Shown here one piece after another: positions 52,249 through 64,000 of a DNA stretch of 64,000 nt. The notes below the pieces were generated by a model, which was given only the letters and a program-made list of their open reading frames with translations, was not told the DNA's origin and did not search any database. Every line of letters starts with the position of its first letter. The stretch's first letter is position 1. Where the stretch lies: contig CAVZJB010000016.1 of NCBI GenBank assembly GCA_963775425.1, forward strand, positions 288,001-352,000. Direction: 5' to 3'. This DNA comes from an uncultured delta proteobacterium (lineage in GTDB: Bacteria; Myxococcota; UBA727; VGSZ01). A program made the position numbers and the translations under genes.

Positions 52249-52899
52249 ATGGAAGGCCGCTGGACCCTCGATGAGCTCACCGCCCGGATGCAGGCCGTGC
52301 TCGGAACCGCCGGCATCGACGCGGCCAAGGTCAACGGCCAGGTCGGCGAGGTCCCGAACGCGAGGACCATCCGCTACTACACGACCATCGGCCTCGTCGA
52401 CCGCCCGACGCCCAAAGGCCGCGTGGCGACGTACGGCCGGCGCCACCTCGAGCAGCTCATCGCCATCAAGCGCCTGCAGGCGCAGGGCAAGGTCCTCGCC
52501 GACATCGCCGGCGAGCTCGTCGGCCTCGACGACGCCAAGCTCGCCGCCCTCGCCGCCCTGCCCGACGACGTCGAGCGCGCGCTCCACGGCCCGGCCGAGA
52601 AGGTCGCCTCGCGCCGCGAGCGCAGCTTCTGGAGCGCCGACGTCGAGACGGCGACGCAAGGGCCGGCGCGCCACGTCACGCCCGGCGACGACGGCGACAA
52701 GGCGGAAGCGCCGGCGCGCCACGTCACGGCCGCGGCGGTGGTCACTGGAATCCAGCTCAAAGACGGTGTCACGCTCGCCGTTCCGGCAGCGCGCGCCGTC
52801 GACGACGACGACGCGAAGGCCTTGCGCGCGGCCTTGTCAGGCGTCGTCGACATCTTGCGCGCGCGGGGCCTCATCGGCCCCGGAGGAAACGAGAAATGA
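52249..52899 (+). CDS. MerR family transcriptional regulator
   Basis: RTIRYYTTIGLVDRP..GRVATYGRRHLEQLIAIKRLQAQG..LADI. Confidence 0.9.
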   Translation: MEGRWTLDELTARMQAVLGTAGIDAAKVNGQVGEVPNARTIRYYTTIGLVDRPTPKGRVATYGRRHLEQLIAIKRLQAQGKVLADIAGELVGLDDAKLAALAALPDDVERALHGPAEKVASRRERSFWSADVETATQGPARHVTPGDDGDKAEAPARHVTAAAVVTGIQLKDGVTLAVPAARAVDDDDAKALRAALSGVVDILRARGLIGPGGNEK

Positions 52900-55526
52900 C
52901 CGCACCGCTGCCCCTGATGACCGAGAGCGAGCTCCGCGACTTCGCCGGCGACCGTGAGTGCGGCTACGGGTGTCTGCGCACCGAGCGCGGCGCCCTCCCC
53001 TTGCGCGAGATGAACGTCGAGGCGCGCGTCATCGCCACGTTCGCGCACACCACGCTGCGCCAGGTGTTCGTCAACACGCTCGGGGTCCCGCTCGAGGCCA
53101 CGTACATCTTCCCCCTGCCCGACCGCGCCGCGGTCACGCGCTTCACGCTCGAGGTCGCCGGCCGCGTCGTCGACGGCGTGCTCGAGGAGCGCATGCAGGC
53201 CCGCCGCACCTACGACCAGGCCATCGCCAGCGGCAAGCGCGCCTCCATCGCCGAGGAGGAGCGCCCCGGCGTCTTCACCATCCGCGTCGGAAACCTCATG
53301 CCCGGCGAGGCCGCCGCGGTGACGCTCGAGATGTCCGGCGCGCTGCCCGTCGCCGACGGCGAGGTCACGTACCGCTTCCCGCTCGTCGTCGCGCCCCGCT
53401 ACATGCCCGGCCAGCTCCTCGGCGGCGAGGACGTCGGCGACGGCGTCGCCCACGACACCGACGCCGTCCCCGACGCCTCGCGCATCTCGCCGCCCGTGCT
53501 CCTGCCCGGCATGCAGAGCCCCGTGCGGCTCTCGCTCGCCGTCGAGCTGGACGCCGCCGGCCTGCCGCTGTCCCAGGTGCGCTCGAGCCTCCACGCGGCG
53601 TACGCCGACGAGCGCGGCGGCCGCCTCGTCGTTCGCACCACGCCGGGCGAGCGCCTCGATCGCGACTTCATCCTGCGCTTCCACCTCGGCGACGACGCCG
53701 CGCACACGTCGGCGCGCATCGCGCTCGACGGCGCCATGCCCCTGCCGCGCGGGCGCGGCGTCCCGGGCGCGCTCTTCGGCGCACCCGGGTTCACCGAGGA
53801 CGCCACCTTCGCGCTCACGCTCCTGCCGCCCACGCTGCACGTGTCGCAGAAGCCCAAGGACGTCGTGTTCGTCATCGACCGCTCCGGCTCCATGCAGGGG
53901 TGGAAGATGGTCGCGGCGCGCCGCGCCACCGCCCGCATGATCGACGCGCTGCGCGCGCACGACCGCTTCGGGGTCATCGCGTTCGACAACGTCGTCAGCG
54001 AGCTCCACGCCGGGCTCGTCGAGGCCAGCGACCGCGAGCGCTACCGCGCCTCCGAGTGGCTCGCGAAGATCGACGCGCGCGGCGGCACCGAGATGGCCGC
54101 GCCCCTCGCCCGCGCCGCCGACCTCCTCGGCGGGGCCGCCTACGGAGGTGTTCGGCTGGAGCGCGATCGCGTGCTCGTGTTCGTCACCGACGGCCAGGTC
54201 GGCAACGAGGCGCAGCTCATGAAGCTCCTCGGTGCGCGCCTGCGCGGCGCGCGGGTGTTCGCGCTCGGCATCGACCAGGCCGTGAACGCGGGCTTCCTGA
54301 ACCGCCTCGCCGCGCTCGGCGGCGCGGGCGACGCCGAGCTGGTGGAGAGCGAGGACCGGCTCGACGAGGTGCTCCAGCGGGTGCACCGGCGCGTCGACGC
54401 CCCGGTGATCGCGGAGCTCAGCGTCGACGTCGAGGGCGCGCAGCTCCTGCCGGGCACGCTGTCGCCCGCGCAGCTCCCCGACGTGTTCGCCGGCGTCCCC
54501 GCCACCGTCTGCGGCCGCGTGCGGCTCGACAACCGCGGCGGGCGCTGGCCGGTGTTCGTGGTGCGCGGGCGCACGGCCGACGGCGGGCGCTTCGAGGACC
54601 GCATCTACGCCGACCCGGTGACGAACCCCGCGGTGCGCACGGCGTGGGCGCGGCTGCACCTGCGCGACCTCGAGGACCGCTTCGACGCGAGCATGGGCAA
54701 CCGCGCGGAGCTCGAGCGCCGCATCGTCGAGGTGTCGCTCGCGAACAACGTGCTGTGCCGCTTCACGGCCTTCGTCGCCGTCGACGGCGAGGTGGTGAAC
54801 CGCGGCGGCTGGCAGCACCACGCGACGCAGCCCGTGGAGCAGCCGGCGGGCTTTGGTGGCGGCGCCCCGGCCGGCGCCCCGGCCCCGATGCCCCAGGCTT
54901 CGATGCCCGAGGCCTCGATGGGCGGGCGCAGCCGTCGCTCGGCAGCGCCGAGCGCGTCGCGCGCCGAGTCCTTCGACAAGGCGGCGCTCGCGCGGCCCCC
55001 TGCCGATCTGAGCCGGAGCGCCGTGCTCGACGAGGAGTCGAACATGGACGCGCCGGCCCCGCGCGCGCCGTCGCGGGTGATGGCGCCGCCGCCGCCGAGG
55101 GCCAAGCCGGCGGGCGCGGACCTCGCCAAGCGGAAGGGCGGCGGGTTCCTCGGCGCGATGAAGGACGCGCTCGGGGGCAAGAAGGAAGCGGCGGCGGGCG
55201 TCTCGTCGTTCCGCGCGCGCCTCGAAGACCTCGTGCAGCTCGCGCGAAGGAAGGCGCAGGACCTGTTCGGCGTGGCGCGCGAGCTCGAGCAGCGGCTGCG
55301 GCTGCTCCTCGAGGACATGGCCCACGCGGGCGTGCCGGCGCACGAGCGGCGCCCGCTCGACGAGGTCGAACGCTCGTTGCGCGACGCCGTGCTGAGCGGC
55401 GACTCGTTGCGCGTCGAGCAGGCCCTGGTCGGCGCCGAGGACGTCCTGGCGCGCGCCGCGGGGATGACGCCGTCGAGGGGGTCTGTGACGCCCGGCGGCG
55501 GCAAGCGCGAGGGCTTCTGGCGCTGA
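52896..55526 (+). CDS. VIT plus vWA domain protein (inter-alpha-trypsin inhibitor-like)
   Basis: QVFVN..PLEATYIFPLP (VIT), DRSGSM MIDAS, GGTEM, TDGQV; ATGA overlap with merR. Confidence 0.92.
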   Translation: MTAPLPLMTESELRDFAGDRECGYGCLRTERGALPLREMNVEARVIATFAHTTLRQVFVNTLGVPLEATYIFPLPDRAAVTRFTLEVAGRVVDGVLEERMQARRTYDQAIASGKRASIAEEERPGVFTIRVGNLMPGEAAAVTLEMSGALPVADGEVTYRFPLVVAPRYMPGQLLGGEDVGDGVAHDTDAVPDASRISPPVLLPGMQSPVRLSLAVELDAAGLPLSQVRSSLHAAYADERGGRLVVRTTPGERLDRDFILRFHLGDDAAHTSARIALDGAMPLPRGRGVPGALFGAPGFTEDATFALTLLPPTLHVSQKPKDVVFVIDRSGSMQGWKMVAARRATARMIDALRAHDRFGVIAFDNVVSELHAGLVEASDRERYRASEWLAKIDARGGTEMAAPLARAADLLGGAAYGGVRLERDRVLVFVTDGQVGNEAQLMKLLGARLRGARVFALGIDQAVNAGFLNRLAALGGAGDAELVESEDRLDEVLQRVHRRVDAPVIAELSVDVEGAQLLPGTLSPAQLPDVFAGVPATVCGRVRLDNRGGRWPVFVVRGRTADGGRFEDRIYADPVTNPAVRTAWARLHLRDLEDRFDASMGNRAELERRIVEVSLANNVLCRFTAFVAVDGEVVNRGGWQHHATQPVEQPAGFGGGAPAGAPAPMPQASMPEASMGGRSRRSAAPSASRAESFDKAALARPPADLSRSAVLDEESNMDAPAPRAPSRVMAPPPPRAKPAGADLAKRKGGGFLGAMKDALGGKKEAAAGVSSFRARLEDLVQLARRKAQDLFGVARELEQRLRLLLEDMAHAGVPAHERRPLDEVERSLRDAVLSGDSLRVEQALVGAEDVLARAAGMTPSRGSVTPGGGKREGFWR

Positions 55527-55641
55527 GCGCGCGGGCGCCTTGAGCGGCCGGGCGTCGTGTGGACGGCGCCCGGCTTCTTTCTTCGTGCCCCGGCGACGGG
55601 CAGACCGCCGCGGAGCCGGCGCCGGGGGCTATGGTCCGTCC

Positions 55642-56763
55642 ATGTCCCCCCGCTTCTCCGCCGCCGTCCTCGCCCTCGCCGTGTTCTCCGCCGCCCACGC
55701 CGCCGGCGACGACAAGCGCCGCGTGCTCGTGGCCGACGCCGTCGCCAACGGCGTCGACCCGAGCCTCGCGCGCACGCTCACCTCGATGATCGTCGCGCGG
55801 CTCGACGCGCGCCCGGGCGTGGACGCGCTGTCGGGCGCGGAGCTCAAGCGGCTCATGTCCCTCGAGGCCGACAAGGCCGCCTGCGGCAGCGACGACTGCG
55901 TCAACGACCTCACCGGCGCCCTCGGCGCGCCGCTCGCGGTCTTTGCCGACGTCGGCAAGCTCGGGGCGCTCACCGTCGTCAACCTCACGCTCTTCGACGT
56001 CGTCCAGGGCGTGCCGGTGGCCCGCGCCGCGGTGGAGACGGAGAAGCTCGAGCAGATGCCCGACAAGCTCGACGCCGCCGTGGGCGGGCTGCTCGCGGAC
56101 GCGTCGGCTGACGGCGCATCGACCCGCCCCCCCTCGGCGAAGAATGCGGCGACGAAGAGCGCGTCGACGGCGGGCGCGTCGACGACGGGCGCGCCGACCC
56201 AGGACACCGCCTCGAGGGGCGCGGCGAAGTCAAAGCACGCGGGCGGCGCATCGAAGACCGTGGCGAAGGCCCGCCCGAGCGCCCCCCGCGCGCCGACGGG
56301 CGACGACGCGCGCGTGGCCGACTTGCTGGGCGACGACTCCGGCGGTGCCATCGGGGACGCCACAGGCGACGCCGGCGGCCTCGGGTTGAGGGGCGTGGGC
56401 GGCGGTGGCGGCGGCTCGGGTGCCGGCCTCGGCGGCCTCGGCGCCCTCGGCCGCCCCGTCGGTGAGGGCGCCGCGGGAGACGCGGGGCGCCCGCTGCGCC
56501 CCGCCGACGTGCAGACCGTGGTGCGCAGCCACCGCGGCGAGCTCCGCGCGTGCGCGCAGCTCGCGCGCAAGTCAGGCAAGCACGGCAGGGTGGCGGTGCG
56601 CTTCCTGATCGCCGGCGACGGCAAGGTCACGTTCGCGCACATCACCCGCACCGACTTCGCCCGCACGGGCGTCGGCAAGTGCGTCATCGATCACGTCTCG
56701 TCGTGGACCTTCCGCGCCACCGGCGCGCCGACGGCCATCAACTTCCCGTTCGCCTTTCGGTGA
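55642..56763 (+). CDS. secreted protein with AgmX/PglI (TonB-C-like) C-terminal domain
   Basis: Signal peptide; Gly-rich linker; GRVAVRFLIAGDGKV..CVI..WTF..INFPFAF. Confidence 0.75.
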   Translation: MSPRFSAAVLALAVFSAAHAAGDDKRRVLVADAVANGVDPSLARTLTSMIVARLDARPGVDALSGAELKRLMSLEADKAACGSDDCVNDLTGALGAPLAVFADVGKLGALTVVNLTLFDVVQGVPVARAAVETEKLEQMPDKLDAAVGGLLADASADGASTRPPSAKNAATKSASTAGASTTGAPTQDTASRGAAKSKHAGGASKTVAKARPSAPRAPTGDDARVADLLGDDSGGAIGDATGDAGGLGLRGVGGGGGGSGAGLGGLGALGRPVGEGAAGDAGRPLRPADVQTVVRSHRGELRACAQLARKSGKHGRVAVRFLIAGDGKVTFAHITRTDFARTGVGKCVIDHVSSWTFRATGAPTAINFPFAFR

Positions 56764-56821
56764 CGCAGCCCGCCGGTCGGCGATCGGCGCGGGCGCTCCC
56801 TCCGGTCGGCGGCCCGGCAGC

Positions 56822-58257
56822 TCAGCCGCGGTTGCGGGCTCTGTGGGTGCCGATCGGGATCGGGTAGTCGCCGGAGAAGCAGGCGTCGCAGTGGCCCGTC
56901 GTCGACGCCGAGCCGTGGACGGCCTGGTGAAGCCCCTCGCGAGACAGGAAGGCCACGGAGTCGGCGCCGATGAACGCCGCGATTTCGTCGACGGACATCC
57001 GGCTCGCGATGAGCTCTTCGCGCGTGGGCGTATCGATGCCGTAGTAGCAAGGGCCGGTCGTCGACGGCGCCGAGATGCGCACGTGGATCTCCTTGGCCCC
57101 GGCGCCGCGCACCATCTCCACGATCTTCTTCGAGGTGGTGCCCCGCACGATGCTGTCGTCGACGACCACCACGCGCTTGCCGTCGAGGATGCTCTTCACC
57201 GGGTTGAGCTTCAGCTTCACGCCGAAGTTGCGGATGCGCTGCTCGGGCTCGATGAAGGTGCGGCCGACGTAGTGGTTGCGCACGAGCCCCATCTCGAAGG
57301 GCACGCCGCTCTCGTTGGCGTAGCCCATGGCCGCGTACACCCCGCTGTCGGGCACGGGGATGACGACGTCCGCCTCCACCGGCGACTCCTTCGCGAGCTG
57401 CTGCCCGAGCGCCTTCCTGGCCTCGTGCACGTAGCGCCCGAACACCAGGCTGTCCGGCCGCGCGAAGTAGACGTGCTCGAAGATGCACGCGGCCTTCGGC
57501 AGCCCCTCGGGGTTCTCCAGACGGAACGAGCGCAGCCCGTCGTCGTCGATCACCACGATCTCGCCGGGCTCCACGTCGCGCACGGTGGTGGCGCCGATGA
57601 GGTCGAAGGCGCAGGTCTCGCTCGCGAGCACCCAGCCGCCGCGCGCCAGGCGCCCCACCGCCAGGGGGCGCACGCCCGACGGGTCGCGCACGCCGTAGAG
57701 CCGCCCGTCGCCGGTGACGGTCAACGAGTACGCGCCCCGCACCTGCTTCAGCGACTTCTGCAGGCGCTCGAGCAGCGAGCCGTGCGACGTGGCGACGAGG
57801 TGCAGGATGACCTCGGTGTCCGACGAGGTCTGGAAGATACTTCCACGCTCCTCGAACTGTGCACGTATGGTCTCGGCGTTCACCAGGTTGCCGTTGTGGG
57901 CCACGGTGATGGGGCCGGCCTGGCAGCGCACCAGGAGCGGCTGGCAATCCCGCACGGTGTCGGTGCTGTCGCCGGCGGTGGCGTAGCGGACGTGCCCCAC
58001 GGCGACGCGCCCGGCGAGCGCCGCCAGGTCCTGCTCGGAGAACACGTCGGCCACCAGACCCACGCCCACCTTGCGCTTGAGCTCTTCGCCGTCGCCGGCG
58101 ACGATGCCGGCGCTCTCCTGCCCCCGGTGCTGCAGCGCGTACATGGCGAGGTAGGCGAGGTTGGCGGCCTCGTCGTCGCCGTGGACGCCGACCACGCCGC
58201 AGCGGTCGCGGAAGCAGTCGCCGCCGTCGATCTCGTCGAGGAAGCCGTCGAGCACGC

Positions 58258-58261
<4 letters not shown>
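56822..58261 (-). CDS. purF: amidophosphoribosyltransferase
   Basis: Propeptide then [33 protein letters not shown], Fe-S Cys motifs. Confidence 0.97.
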
Positions 58262-60483
<2,222 letters not shown>

Positions 60484-60503
60484 GTCGTCTTCATCGCGGC
60501 CGG

Positions 60504-61189
<686 letters not shown>

Positions 61190-61193
<4 letters not shown>

Positions 61194-61429
61194 CGGAGGA
61201 TCTCGACGTCGTAGGTCTCGATCACCGGGTTCGCCAGGAGCTTGTCCGCCATGGCGCCGAGCTCGGCCTTGACGAGGCCCTCGTCGCCGTCGACGTCGAG
61301 CTCCACGATCTTGCCCACGCGCACGTTCTTCACGCCGGAGAAGCCGAGGCCCTTCAAGGCGCGCTCGATGGTCTCTCCCTGGGGATCGAGGACGGCGGGC
61401 TTCAACCGGACCGAGACGCGAGCGCGCAT
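61190..61429 (-). CDS. purS: FGAM synthase subunit PurS
   Basis: [23 protein letters not shown]. Confidence 0.96.
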
Positions 61430-61450
61430 GGAGAACCTCCATGCGCGCTC
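61420..61450. promoter_or_regulatory. perfect 14-bp inverted repeat covering the purS RBS and start codon
   Basis: GAGCGCGCATGGAG-AAC-CTCCATGCGCGCTC. Confidence 0.6.
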
Positions 61451-61540
61451 TATCCGCTCGGCGGCCCGGTGCCAACGGTCCCGCGCGCTGGCCGGCGCGG
61501 CGCCACGGGGGCGCTCGCGCCGATGGGCGCGCCGGTGGCG

Positions 61541-62323
<783 letters not shown>

Positions 62324-62505
62324 GTGTTGTCTCCTTTGCGCCTTCGACACGTCGACGGCGCGGGATGAAACCGTGCGCAGATCTGCGCAGCCGCTGCTCG
62401 AATCGGAGCAGCTCGACGCACGCGGGACGGGAACGACGAGCACGGCGGCCCCTGCGTTTCAGGGAGCGTGCCGGCGACGCCGCTAGGTGAATGTCGTAAC
62501 GCCGC

Positions 62506-64000
<1,495 letters not shown>

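Overview
This is a very GC-rich bacterial chromosomal segment whose gene content suggests Myxococcota or a related deltaproteobacterium (inference). It holds about 45 real CDS and no rRNA, tRNA or CRISPR array that I can see. Core genes are rlmN, mtnP plus a PfkB kinase, icd, purS-purQ-purL-purF, a partial dnaE2, and a thiolase/hbd/crotonase/two acyl-CoA dehydrogenase cluster interleaved with accessory genes. The best candidate for an undescribed system is a divergent three-gene locus at 3638-9414. It encodes a ~1256-aa dikinase with plant glucan-water-dikinase-like domain order (unknown N domain, phospho-His, C-terminal ATP-grasp), a 74-aa protein, and a Cys-His-Asp transglutaminase-like protein. 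Other highlights: a ~4900-aa TPR-like giant protein; three (Gly-Glu)n lipoproteins; a dispersed GTAG-type REP-like palindrome, one copy of which is translated in-frame inside dnaE2; an internally deleted IS1182-like remnant; several apparently leaderless promoters, one with a perfect MerR operator; and a 14-bp hairpin covering the purS RBS and start codon. All calls come from motif recognition by eye; no searches were run.
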